A stretch of 64,000 nt of DNA from Clostridiales bacterium (GTDB lineage Bacteria; Bacillota; Clostridia; Christensenellales; CAG-138), in assembly GCA_004556165.1 (NCBI GenBank), contig SFIR01000001.1, positions 150,216-214,215 on the forward strand, read 5' to 3'. This document shows positions 18,905-28,304 of this stretch, piece after piece; positions within the stretch are counted from its first letter, which is position 1; each line of letters begins with the position of its first letter. The notes below the pieces were generated by a model that searched no databases, was not told the origin of the DNA, and was given only the letters and a program-made list of their open reading frames with translations. The position numbers were made by a program, and so were the translations under genes.

Positions 18905-20161
18905 TCAGTCTGCAAAATAGCTTACCAATTCATCGATCGCTATGGATGATTCGATACCATCCTGCATGGATTTGACCTTGACAATGCCCATGTTCAGTTC
19001 GTCTTCACCGAGTACGGCAGTGTACTCTGCTCCGAGCTTATTTGCATATTTGAACTGTGCCTTCATGCTTCTGTCCATATGGTCAAATTCGGCAAAAACG
19101 CCGTGTTCACGAAGCTGATGCACGAGGTCGAATGCAACAAGACGGGGTTTATCGCCCATTGCGGCAAAATAGACCTTTACAGGAGCAGGCTTCGGAATAA
19201 AAGCATTATTGTTTTCCATTACCATCAAAAGCCTTTCAAGGCCGAGACCGAAGCCGACTGCGGGGGTGGGCTGTCCACCCAATTCTTCGATGAGGTTATT
19301 ATATCTTCCGCCGCCGCAGACGGTTCCCTGAGAACCAATGCGAGTTGATACTATTTCGAATACAGTCCCGGTATAATAATCAAGACCGCGCACTATGTCG
19401 GGATCGACTATGTACTTGACTCCGGCAACATCAAGGCATTTACGAAGGCCTTCAAAATGCGCTTTGCAGTCATCGCAAAGATAGTCAATGGTTCTGGGAG
19501 CCGATTTGCAGATCTCCTTGCAGTGCTCTTCCTTACAGTCAATAATACGCATGGGGTTGCGTTCAAGCCTGCTCTTGCAGGTATTGCACATGGTGTCTAT
19601 GTGCTGCTTGAGATAGTCGTAAAGAGCCTTGTTGTATTCCTTGCGGCATTCGGAACAGCCTATGCTGTTGATGCGCAGGGCAAGCTCTCCGATACCGAAA
19701 TGCTTGAGCAGCGACATTGCAAGAAGTATTACTTCAGCATCTGTCTGATATGACGCAGAACCGTAGAATTCAACACCGAACTGGTGGTGTTCGCGAAGCC
19801 TTCCGGCCTGAGGCTTTTCATATCTGAAAACAGGAGCATTCAGATAATACATCTTCTGCGGCATAGCCTCGTTAAAGAGCCTGTTCTCAAGGAATGCACG
19901 GGCCATGCCGGCAGTCCCCTCAGGCTTGAGAGTTATCGAACGATTGCCCTTGTCGGTAAAGGTGTACATCTCCTTCTGAACGATGTCGGTCGTATCACCG
20001 ACACCGCGCATAAAGAGCTCGGTGTGCTCGATAATAGGGGTTCTGAATTCGTAAACCCCATAAATACGGCAGAGCTTGCGAATTTCATCTTCAACATACT
20101 GCCATTTATAGCTTTCGCTTGGAAGAACATCTTTTGTGCCCTTAGGCGCCTGAATCTGCAT
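18905..20161 (-). CDS. hisS: Histidine--tRNA ligase
   Basis: Class II HisRS motifs (GTKDVLP, FRYEKPQAGRLREHHQFG, GGGRYN). Only 24 nt separate it from the dnaX stop, so there is no T-box leader. Confidence 0.96.
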   Translation of the reverse strand: MQIQAPKGTKDVLPSESYKWQYVEDEIRKLCRIYGVYEFRTPIIEHTELFMRGVGDTTDIVQKEMYTFTDKGNRSITLKPEGTAGMARAFLENRLFNEAMPQKMYYLNAPVFRYEKPQAGRLREHHQFGVEFYGSASYQTDAEVILLAMSLLKHFGIGELALRINSIGCSECRKEYNKALYDYLKQHIDTMCNTCKSRLERNPMRIIDCKEEHCKEICKSAPRTIDYLCDDCKAHFEGLRKCLDVAGVKYIVDPDIVRGLDYYTGTVFEIVSTRIGSQGTVCGGGRYNNLIEELGGQPTPAVGFGLGLERLLMVMENNNAFIPKPAPVKVYFAAMGDKPRLVAFDLVHQLREHGVFAEFDHMDRSMKAQFKYANKLGAEYTAVLGEDELNMGIVKVKSMQDGIESSIAIDELVSYFAD

Positions 20162-20185
20162 TTTATCCTCCGAATAAATAAACGA

Positions 20186-21781
20186 TTATTCTTTTACTAT
20201 TTCAACACCGAAGAGCTCTTTCGGCAGATCCGATGTTTGCGCTGTATCATCGCCGAGCAGGATATCCACGCTGTACGGAGCGATGCTTTCTGCAGCAATC
20301 TTCCTGAGTTTTTGCTTGATATCCGCGCTGCTTGTGTAATTATAATTGGAACGCTTTGATTTGTCAAAACAAATATTCAGCATCTCATCATCGCACCAAT
20401 GTGAGCTTGAAAGCTGCAGCTGCATTCCGAGCATAAGGTCGCTGCGCATAAGCGCCGCCATAAAGGTTTTGTAGATCGCCTCCGCCTCAGGAGTTGCTGC
20501 CGGATGTACGGAGACAGGCGCTTTGCGCTCTTCGGGAACGGCATAAACATCGGTTTCGGCATTATCCTCCCATGGAGGTTTGTCCTCCGCCGAAGGCTTA
20601 GGAGAGGGCTGAGAAGATACGATGGAAAAGCTGCCGTTACTGAGCTTTTTTTCTATTTCAGCTATCCTGTCCGAAACCGCAAGCAGCTCTTCGCTTTCTT
20701 CGGGGTGGCAGATTTTCATAAGAGTGCTTTCAAGCAGTACTCTTGGCATCGAAACCCAGCGCAGGTTCGGCTGAAGATCCATTATTGCCTGCAAAGCCCT
20801 TTCAAGTCTCGCCCGGGATGTGCTCTCAGCTTGTTTGAGATACATTTTCATGGTATCACGGGTGCAGTCAAGAATACCGGAGCATTCGCCGCAGACCTTT
20901 GCCATGAGCAGCGCTCTGAAATGAGAAGCAAGATCCTGTACAAATATCCCTATGTCGCGTCCGCTTGAGATTACGGCATCAATCTGCTTCATTACGGCAG
21001 GGGAGTCCGATTCTATTATGCTGTCTGCAAAGCGGAAAAGAAAATCGCCGTTCATGCTTCCGAGGACGGACAGCACATCATCCTCGGTCAGATCATTGCC
21101 GGAAAAAGCAAGACATTGATCGGCAATGCTGAGACAGTCACGAAAACCTCCGTCGGCCGCTCGGGCGATACACATCATGCCTTCTTCATCTATTCTCGCC
21201 CCAACGTCCGAGAGGACTCTTTTGAGAAGCCCGACCATCTCGGCAACCGAAGGACGCCTGAAGTCAAATCTCTGACAACGCGATAGGATTGTTGCAGGGA
21301 GTGCCTGTGGTTCGGTGGTGGCAAGTATGAATACGACGTGCTCCGGAGGCTCCTCCAAGGTCTTTAGCAGTGCATTGTTTGCACTTTTTGATAACATGTG
21401 GGCTTCGTCGATAATATAGACCTTGTTTTTCAGATAGACGGGGGCAAACTCCGCTTTATCAAGAAGAGCTCGCATTTCATCGACCCTTGAATTGGACGCA
21501 GCGTCCATTTCGATAATGTCGATACTGTCCTGAGAGCTGAGCTTACATGCCTCGCATTCGCCGCAGGGTTCGCCGTCCTGAGGGTTAAGGCAGTTGATGG
21601 CTTTAGCAAAGATCCTCGCAGTACTCGTTTTGCCAATGCCTCGCGAGCCGCTGAAAAGATAGGCATGCGCGACACGACCGGTCTTGACCTGATTTTTGAG
21701 TATACCGGTTACATGCTCTTCAGCTACGACCTCTGAAAAACGGCTTGGCCTATATTTGCGGTACAAGGCATGATATGCCAT
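20186..21781 (-). CDS. dnaX: DNA polymerase III subunit tau (DnaX)
   Basis: YRKYRP, Walker A GSRGIGKTS, zinc module CGECEAC, DEAHML and SRCQRF motifs. Confidence 0.95.
   Translation of the reverse strand: MAYHALYRKYRPSRFSEVVAEEHVTGILKNQVKTGRVAHAYLFSGSRGIGKTSTARIFAKAINCLNPQDGEPCGECEACKLSSQDSIDIIEMDAASNSRVDEMRALLDKAEFAPVYLKNKVYIIDEAHMLSKSANNALLKTLEEPPEHVVFILATTEPQALPATILSRCQRFDFRRPSVAEMVGLLKRVLSDVGARIDEEGMMCIARAADGGFRDCLSIADQCLAFSGNDLTEDDVLSVLGSMNGDFLFRFADSIIESDSPAVMKQIDAVISSGRDIGIFVQDLASHFRALLMAKVCGECSGILDCTRDTMKMYLKQAESTSRARLERALQAIMDLQPNLRWVSMPRVLLESTLMKICHPEESEELLAVSDRIAEIEKKLSNGSFSIVSSQPSPKPSAEDKPPWEDNAETDVYAVPEERKAPVSVHPAATPEAEAIYKTFMAALMRSDLMLGMQLQLSSSHWCDDEMLNICFDKSKRSNYNYTSSADIKQKLRKIAAESIAPYSVDILLGDDTAQTSDLPKELFGVEIVKE
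20637..20653 (-). other. Candidate -1 ribosomal frameshift / transcriptional slippage site within dnaX
   Basis: The minus-strand sequence reads GAA AAA AAG CTC AGT AAC. It contains the heptamer A AAA AAG in the correct phase (codons 377-379). After a -1 shift the reading is GCT CAG TAA (Ala-Gln-stop). Confidence 0.3.
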
Positions 21782-21801
21782 CTCTGACCTCCTGAAATGC
21801 T

Positions 21802-22206
21802 TTAGTCGATTTTTATTGTGTCAGTGCTCGGGTCCATCCAAAGACGCTCAACATTGTAGTATTCTCTTTCTTCCGGATGGAAGATATGGACGATAACACA
21901 GGAGAAATCGAGCACGATCCAGCGGCCTTCGTTATATCCTTCACGACGCTTGAGAACGAGCCCGAGCTCTGCCGCTTTATCTTCAACCTCCTGGCATAAT
22001 GCTTTAACATGTATCTGTGAGGTACCGTTCATGAATACGAACCAGTCAGCCAAAATCGTCTTCTCGGCTACACGAACAGCAATTATGTCGTTGGCCTTTT
22101 TATCCTTTGCAGCTTGCATTAGCGCTTCAACGAGTTCACGGAGCGTATCCTGCCATTTGATTTCGTCCTCATGCTTCTGCTTGATATTGATAGAGTTTAT
22201 TTCCAT
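21802..22206 (-). CDS. rsfS: Ribosome silencing factor RsfS
   Basis: ADWFVFMNGTSQIHVKAL and WIVLDFSCVIVHIFHPEEREYYNVERLW are typical of the RsfS/YbeB family, with synteny after nadD/yqeK. Confidence 0.9.
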   Translation of the reverse strand: MEINSINIKQKHEDEIKWQDTLRELVEALMQAAKDKKANDIIAVRVAEKTILADWFVFMNGTSQIHVKALCQEVEDKAAELGLVLKRREGYNEGRWIVLDFSCVIVHIFHPEEREYYNVERLWMDPSTDTIKID

Positions 22207-22219
22207 TTATACCTCCAAG

Positions 22220-23398
22220 TCATCCTTTGGACTTTGTGTTTTCTTTCAGTGAATTCAGTATTTTATAGGTTTCGGGGTGAACATTCCTGCCGCATGATAC
22301 CGTGTAATCAACCGAATGCTCCATTATTGCGATCACCGCATCATCAATGCTCGGGTACACGGTATTCCTAACGGTTGACGCAAACTCATAGCCGCGAGAC
22401 GGTTCGATTTTATCGGCAAGATAGATGATCTTATCAAGAAGCGTCATATTCACGCAGCCGAGAGTATGCCTTCTAATAGCATTAAGAATTTCCGCATCAT
22501 CTATACCGTAATCGGATTCCGCAACAAATGCGCCTAAACGCGAATGTAAAAGATACGGATAAGCAAGCTCTGCTTCGGAAAGCTCTATATTCCTGCGTTC
22601 GGCGAGCGAAATAAGCTCGTTTTCAGAAAATTTAGCGCAGTCATGAAGTATACCTGCAAGCCGAGCCTTTTTTGTATCATAGCCATAGATGCCTGCAAGC
22701 CGTACAGCCTCCATTCCGACAAGCATTGTGTGCTCATATCGACTCCTTTTTAGCGTCTTCTCAAGTTTTTTACATATGGCGGTCAGCTCATCATCGAAAT
22801 ACAGCCTGTGTATGTAGGAATACATCTCAACGCAAAGGGGAACCGAATCGGAAACGGACTGCGCATCCTTAATCCTTTTGCGCACATCGGTTGATGATAT
22901 ATCAGGCCCTGATTCGTTCAGAAGGATGACAGAACCTCCGAATTCATCCCGAATAGATTGAGCAATTTCCTCAAGCTCATAACGATTATTCAGCTCGTGG
23001 CCGTCTCTGCCTATGGCAGCAAGGGCAGCCAAGCCTAAAATTTCTTTCGGATGATACCAGGAATGAAAATCCGCGAGCATGTCTGCACCGACAATAAAGA
23101 ACAGGTCGTCATCCGGAAACTGATTCTTTAGCTCAGTAAGCGTATCAACCGTATAGCTGACGCCGCCGCGGCGGATCTCGATATCGGATGCAGTAAAACC
23201 ATAATCAAGAATAGCTTCCGAAAGCATGTTCAGCCGCAGTGGAGCAGGAGTCAGACCGTTGATATGCTTATGGGGCGGATCGCTTGAGACGACAAAAATA
23301 ACACGGTCAAGACCCAAACGCTCTTTAACCATATTCGCAACAAAAATATGCCCGTTATGCACCGGGTCGAATGTTCCGCCGTAAATACCTATTTTCAT
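22220..23398 (-). CDS. nadD: Fusion protein: nicotinate-nucleotide adenylyltransferase NadD (N-terminal) and HD-domain YqeK (C-terminal)
   Basis: N-terminus GIYGGTFDPVHNGHI (the (H/T)xGH motif). C-terminal half carries RYEHTMLV...AGILHDCAK (HD domain, COG1713). I prefer the ATG start at 23398; the track uses TTG 23416. Confidence 0.88.
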   Translation of the reverse strand: MKIGIYGGTFDPVHNGHIFVANMVKERLGLDRVIFVVSSDPPHKHINGLTPAPLRLNMLSEAILDYGFTASDIEIRRGGVSYTVDTLTELKNQFPDDDLFFIVGADMLADFHSWYHPKEILGLAALAAIGRDGHELNNRYELEEIAQSIRDEFGGSVILLNESGPDISSTDVRKRIKDAQSVSDSVPLCVEMYSYIHRLYFDDELTAICKKLEKTLKRSRYEHTMLVGMEAVRLAGIYGYDTKKARLAGILHDCAKFSENELISLAERRNIELSEAELAYPYLLHSRLGAFVAESDYGIDDAEILNAIRRHTLGCVNMTLLDKIIYLADKIEPSRGYEFASTVRNTVYPSIDDAVIAIMEHSVDYTVSCGRNVHPETYKILNSLKENTKSKG

Positions 23399-23523
23399 GA
23401 CTTGATTATACAACAAAAATCCGCAATTTGGAATGGGGGAATTGAAAATTAAAGCATTTTATTTCAAATATCCGAATTCTGATCGGAATGATAATATATA
23501 GCTCCCTTGGCTTTTACGCCTAT

Positions 23524-23551
23524 TTACAATTAAAAACACTTGTGATATAAT
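23524..23551 (+). promoter_or_regulatory. Putative tRNA-Ala promoter
   Basis: TTACAA (23524-23529), 16 bp, TATAAT (23546-23551), about 12 nt upstream of the tRNA 5' end. Confidence 0.5.
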
Positions 23552-23563
23552 ACGTCTGTTCTT

Positions 23564-23639
23564 GGGGCATTAGCTCAGCTGGTAGAGTGCCACACTGGCA
23601 GTGTGGATGTCAGCGGTTCGAGTCCGCTATGCTCCACCA
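23564..23639 (+). tRNA. tRNA-Ala (anticodon GGC), CCA encoded
   Basis: A cloverleaf folds by hand. Acceptor stem GGGGCAT/ATGCTCC includes the G3:U70 Ala identity pair. The anticodon loop is CUGGCAG, the T-arm is AGCGG-TTCGAGT-CCGCT, and the 3' end is ACCA. Confidence 0.95.
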
Positions 23640-23826
23640 AAATACGAACTCACGAGCACATTTCAGTTTGGAGCTGTATGGTTCATCGGTATTTGTGCTC
23701 ACCGTTCGGAAAAAGTTTCGGGGCTGTTGCCTAAGCGATGTACGCTTTTGCAGCAGCCCCGATTGATTGCATTCTCAGAAATATAAGATTAGATAGCGAT
23801 ATAAAATCGCGCGGAGATAAGAGCAT

Positions 23827-23855
23827 TTGATTTTCTGCTTTCATTCATGTATAAT
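23827..23855 (+). promoter_or_regulatory. Putative SDR gene promoter
   Basis: TTGATT (23827-23832), 17 bp, TATAAT (23850-23855). Confidence 0.45.
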
Positions 23856-23926
23856 TAACTCAAACGAGCCATCACTCCCGGTGATGGCCGAAATAATGCG
23901 AGAAAAGCCATATAAGGAGGTTTATC

Positions 23927-24730
23927 ATGGACAGATTAAAGGGTAAAGTGGCCATTGTCACCGGTTCGACCAGTGGAATTGGCATCGGCATCGCAAGGCT
24001 GTTTGCTGCAGAGGGCGCAAAGGTCGTAGTTTGCGGACGCCGTGAAGCAAAGGGACAGGCAGTTGTCGATCGTATCGTAAGCGAGGGCGGCGAGGCCTCA
24101 TATCATTTTATGGATATCACTGCGATGGAGAGCGTTGACCAGCTGTTTGCCGATACCGCAGAGAAGTACGGAAAGATTGATATTCTGGTGAATAATGCAG
24201 CCAATGTCGGCTTGAAAGACGGCCGTGTGGATGAGCTGACACTGGAAATGTGGGATTCGATTCTTCAGAGCGACCTGCGCGGCACCTTCTATGCCACCAA
24301 GTGCGTTCTGCCCTATCTGCAGAAGAATGAAAACGGCGGTTCCATCATCAATATCGGCTCTATGGCATCCTGCTCCGGCGATTTGGGCTCCACTGCCTAT
24401 GCATGCGCTAAGGCCGGCGTAGATATGCTTACCAAGTATACTGCACTGCAGTACGGCAAGCAGAACATCCGCTGCAACTGCGTAAGACCCGGTCTTATCG
24501 TCACTCCGGAAAACGAAGCTCACGTTCCCCAGGCTTTGAAGGATATCTTCACCAGCAACATCATGGTGAACAGGTACGGCTGTCCGGAGGATATCGGTCA
24601 TATGTGTGTTTACTTTGCCTCCGATGAGAGCCAGTATGTGACGGGCCAGATCATCAATGTTGACGGCGGCTTGAATTCCCATGTATCCACCGTAGCCCAG
24701 TTCAGGGAATTGAATTCCAGGACTTGGTAA
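23927..24730 (+). CDS. SDR family NAD(P)-dependent oxidoreductase
   Basis: TGSTSGIGIGIA (TGxxxGxG), NNAA, and a catalytic S...YxxxK region (YACAKAG). Confidence 0.9.
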   Translation: MDRLKGKVAIVTGSTSGIGIGIARLFAAEGAKVVVCGRREAKGQAVVDRIVSEGGEASYHFMDITAMESVDQLFADTAEKYGKIDILVNNAANVGLKDGRVDELTLEMWDSILQSDLRGTFYATKCVLPYLQKNENGGSIINIGSMASCSGDLGSTAYACAKAGVDMLTKYTALQYGKQNIRCNCVRPGLIVTPENEAHVPQALKDIFTSNIMVNRYGCPEDIGHMCVYFASDESQYVTGQIINVDGGLNSHVSTVAQFRELNSRTW

Positions 24731-24794
24731 ATTGCGGCTTAGTGCCGTCTGCGCTGCGAATGACCGCGCCGTAACGGTGCTTAAAGAAGTAAAT

Positions 24795-24853
24795 AGGACA
24801 TTTCTTTTCCTCTTCATTATTGTTGAACGGAAAGGGAATGTCCTGATTTTTTT
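24795..24853 (+). terminator. Putative intrinsic terminator after the SDR gene
   Basis: Long imperfect stem AGGACATTTC...GGGAATGTCCT, followed by GATTTTTTT. Confidence 0.6.
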
Positions 24854-24962
24854 GTATTAAAAACCTTCGGAGGTGACGGTGGAAGCCTTTGCCGCTCGTA
24901 TCAGCCCCTGCATGAGGAGTTGATACGACGCCTTTTCGATAATCGCATAGCCAATTATTAGC

Positions 24963-27900
24963 TCAATCCACCGATTTCAGCGACTCGGCAGGGTTGATCG
25001 ACGCTATCTTTTTTCGCAGCATCAGTGAAACGAGGATACTCATAACCACCGAGATTACGAAAGCATAGAGAAAACTGATTGGCAGCACTTTGACATCGAA
25101 GGTGACAAGGTCGATGTTTATTTGGGACATTACAAAATTATTGAGGAAATATCCGCAGGGAAGACCGAGCAAAGAACCGACTACGGCAATGATGATATTC
25201 TCTCTTGAAACATATGCTGAGGTTTCGTTAAGCTGAAAACCGAGCACCTTCAGGGTAGCGATTTCACGGGTTCTTTCCGCGATGGAAATATTCCCGAGAT
25301 TATATGCGACGACGAAAGCAAGCGCGCATGCGCTGATGACGACAACACCGACGATGTAGTTCATGCTTTTCATCATATCGTCAACGGTTTTCCTAATATC
25401 TTCGGTAACGGAAACATTGTTCACTCCGCTTTGCTTATACAGCTGCGCTGATACATCGTAAATATCGTCTTCGGCGGCGGTAGCATATGCGGTCTTATAC
25501 CCAACATCGCTGCCGAACAGCTGCTGATAGGTGAGCTCGCTCATGACAGCATAATTATATACATAGTTTTCAAAAATACCGTCCACTCGTGCCTCAACCG
25601 AAGTTTCTTCGTTGAGCTGTATAGTGATCTTGTCGCCGACAGCGGCTCCTGTGAGTGCAGAGAGCTTTTCGTTTATCAGAACTCCGCCGTCATTCGGATA
25701 GGGGACAGCTTCGCCGTCACAGGAGAACTTGACAATATTACAGATATTCCTATCCGAGGTTGCAATTATCTTTACGGCCATATCTCCCTTACGGGTATCA
25801 ACGTTGACGGAATCCGAGATCACAAAGACGCAGTCGTTCAGTATATCGGAACAGGATTCGCGGAACTCCTGCTGATCCGTAAGCGTCATTTCGTCCGCAA
25901 AGCTTATTTCAAAATCATAGCATGTGATATTAGTGAATTGGTCGTTAACGACATTGTAGATGGAGTCATGAACTCCGAATCCGACAAGGATGAGCGCAGC
26001 GCAGCCGCCGATACCTACGAGCATCATGATAAGCCTTCTGGTGTAGCGAAGGATATTGCGCGCCGCAACCTTATTCAGAAAGCTCATACGGTTCCATATG
26101 AACGGCAAATGCTCGAGCAGAATACGTTTTCCGGGCTTAGGTGCTTTGGGCCTGATGAGCTCTGCAGGCATTTCGGTGAGCTCTTTCTTACAGGCGGCAA
26201 ATGTTGCTCCGGCGGTGCAGACAAGGGATATACCGAGGGAAACGAGAGCATTCTTATAGTCGAAAACAATGCTTATTTCTCCGAAATCATAAAGCATCTT
26301 ATATGCATTCCAGATAACCTTGGGTATAAGAATGCTTCCGCCGTAAAAGCCGATGATGCATCCGACAAGCGCCGCAGAACCGGAATAGCAGATATACTTC
26401 ATAATAATCTTGCCGTCGTTATATCCCAAAGCCTTCAGAGTTCCTATCTGCGTTCTGTGCTCATCGACCATCCTTGTCATAGTTGTGGTACAGACAAGCG
26501 CGGCCACAATAAAGAAGATCAAAGGGAGAACTTTTGCAATGCCTTCAACCACGGAAGCATCGTTTTCAAAGCTGACGTAGCCCGAATTCTTGCTTCTGTC
26601 AAGGGAGTAGGCACGGACGGATGCACTGAAGATGCTGTTATAATCAGCTTCGGATGCAAGGATTGCGGCTTTGGCTTCGGTTAGCTGTTCCTCCGCATCG
26701 GAAAACTGCGCGTCCGCTTCAGCCTTTGCCTGTTCATACTGCTCAAGACCGTCGTCATAGGCATTTTTAGCCTCATAATAATCAATCAGACCTTCCGTAT
26801 AGGTCATTCTTGCGGTATTAAGCTCGTACGCTGCATCATCAAGCAGGGATTTGGCTTCATCAAGCTCTGCCTTTGCTGCTTCAAATTCCGCCGCGGCCAT
26901 TTCACGCTGCCGATCCAGTTCCGCCTGAGCTTCTACAAGCTGCTGCTGAGAATCAAGCAGATTATGATACATTTCAGGGAGCCCGGTTTCGTCAATAAAC
27001 TCGATCTGCTGCTGCAAAAACCTGTACTCCGCATATGCTTCGATGTATTCGGGACTGTCATGATCTTCTATCTGTGACATTATCAATTCCAGCTCGGCAA
27101 TACGTTCAAGCATGGAATTATAGGTGCCGACAGCATCGCTCTGATCTATAAGAGCAAGTGCGGCTTCGACAGCCTTTCTGTTCGCATCAATTTCACCCTG
27201 AGCTTCGGCTAACCGAGCAAAAACGGCTTCCCGCTCCGAGTTGTATTCGGCAATCCCTTCATCGTATGCCTTCAGCCCTTCACGGTATTCAAGTTCGCCT
27301 GTTTCTATCGCCTGCTTCGCATCATCTAACTGCTGTTTGGCTTCATCAAGCTGAGCTTTGCCTTGGTTTAATTCATCAAGTACACCGTTTAACTGATTCT
27401 CCGCTTCGGCTTTGCTTTGTACGAAGTCATGAAGAGCTGAATAGTATTCGCCCCAAGCATCATCTATAAGCTCGCGTGCATTGATTTGCATTTCAACATA
27501 GTCTGCATCCGCGCGTTCTTCGAGAGCCGATTGCAGATAATCACTATATCCGTCTATCGCATTATTGTATTCATCGGTGAAAATATCGCCGGCAGCATCC
27601 GTTTTGATGAAAATCTCGGTCATTCTTTCAGAGCTGAACGCATCATTTGTCAGGTATACAAATCCATTCAGCGATCCGCCTTCAAGCGTGGAGGTTCCGC
27701 GTGTTCTGTTCAGATAGTTGACTGAACAGCATGTGCCGACAACAGTGAATTTATCGTATGCAAAGAAGGATTTCGTTGATTCATCGTTACGACTGCTCAC
27801 CTTTATGGTTGTGCCGATTGCATTTGCCCCGATGGAGGAAGCATCGACAAGGCATTCGTTGCCGGAAGTGGGCATACGGCCCGATACCAGCTTGACCTTA

Positions 27901-28304
27901 TTTATCCTCTGCGTGATCGAGCAGGCTTTAAGTACCTTTTCACTATCGTGGGCATCGTCATTTGACAGAGAAGAAACAAATTCGGTATCGGCGAAAAAGT
28001 CAATATTATAACTTCCCTCGGTCATTATAACGCCGTCAAGGGATCTGAAATATTCAACATCCTCCTCGGTAAATCCTATGGTGCTCAAAAAACGGAAATC
28101 GTACATGTTGGCATATCCGTTTATGTATTCATTCGCACTCTTTATCATTGCGGGCTTCAGAGCCGATAATCCGCAAAAGAAACCTACGCCGAGCATTATT
28201 ATTACGAGTATTGCAATAAATCTGCCCTTCGTCTTCTGTATCTCGCGAATATTATTCTTGGTCCATGCCGTAAATTTTGAGGCTTTAATGTACTTTTTCA
28301 CCAT
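24963..28304 (-). CDS. MacB/FtsX-type ABC transporter permease with duplicated FtsX domains and a long coiled-coil insertion
   Basis: 1113 aa. The layout is TM1, a large extracytoplasmic domain, three TMs, TM5, a second extracytoplasmic domain, then three TMs. Residues about 265-555 are heptad-like and Ala/Glu/Gln/Leu/Asp-rich (AEAENQLNGVLDELNQGKAQLDEAKQQLDDAKQAIE...). Confidence 0.88.
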   Translation of the reverse strand: MVKKYIKASKFTAWTKNNIREIQKTKGRFIAILVIIMLGVGFFCGLSALKPAMIKSANEYINGYANMYDFRFLSTIGFTEEDVEYFRSLDGVIMTEGSYNIDFFADTEFVSSLSNDDAHDSEKVLKACSITQRINKVKLVSGRMPTSGNECLVDASSIGANAIGTTIKVSSRNDESTKSFFAYDKFTVVGTCCSVNYLNRTRGTSTLEGGSLNGFVYLTNDAFSSERMTEIFIKTDAAGDIFTDEYNNAIDGYSDYLQSALEERADADYVEMQINARELIDDAWGEYYSALHDFVQSKAEAENQLNGVLDELNQGKAQLDEAKQQLDDAKQAIETGELEYREGLKAYDEGIAEYNSEREAVFARLAEAQGEIDANRKAVEAALALIDQSDAVGTYNSMLERIAELELIMSQIEDHDSPEYIEAYAEYRFLQQQIEFIDETGLPEMYHNLLDSQQQLVEAQAELDRQREMAAAEFEAAKAELDEAKSLLDDAAYELNTARMTYTEGLIDYYEAKNAYDDGLEQYEQAKAEADAQFSDAEEQLTEAKAAILASEADYNSIFSASVRAYSLDRSKNSGYVSFENDASVVEGIAKVLPLIFFIVAALVCTTTMTRMVDEHRTQIGTLKALGYNDGKIIMKYICYSGSAALVGCIIGFYGGSILIPKVIWNAYKMLYDFGEISIVFDYKNALVSLGISLVCTAGATFAACKKELTEMPAELIRPKAPKPGKRILLEHLPFIWNRMSFLNKVAARNILRYTRRLIMMLVGIGGCAALILVGFGVHDSIYNVVNDQFTNITCYDFEISFADEMTLTDQQEFRESCSDILNDCVFVISDSVNVDTRKGDMAVKIIATSDRNICNIVKFSCDGEAVPYPNDGGVLINEKLSALTGAAVGDKITIQLNEETSVEARVDGIFENYVYNYAVMSELTYQQLFGSDVGYKTAYATAAEDDIYDVSAQLYKQSGVNNVSVTEDIRKTVDDMMKSMNYIVGVVVISACALAFVVAYNLGNISIAERTREIATLKVLGFQLNETSAYVSRENIIIAVVGSLLGLPCGYFLNNFVMSQINIDLVTFDVKVLPISFLYAFVISVVMSILVSLMLRKKIASINPAESLKSVD

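Noticed and set aside
20162-20185. A T-box leader upstream of hisS.
   Set aside because: Only 24 nt separate the dnaX stop from the hisS start. That leaves no room for a T-box, so hisS is apparently co-transcribed with dnaX.
23601-23786. A 61-aa ORF overlapping the 3' half of tRNA-Ala and the downstream hairpins.
   Set aside because: It overlaps a well-folded tRNA and terminator-like stems, so it is not plausible coding sequence.
26640-27512. The repetitive-looking region inside the FtsX permease, considered as a possible DNA tandem repeat or CRISPR-like array.
   Set aside because: The periodicity is at the amino-acid (heptad) level only. No regular direct nucleotide repeats or spacers are present, and no CRISPR array occurs anywhere in the window.
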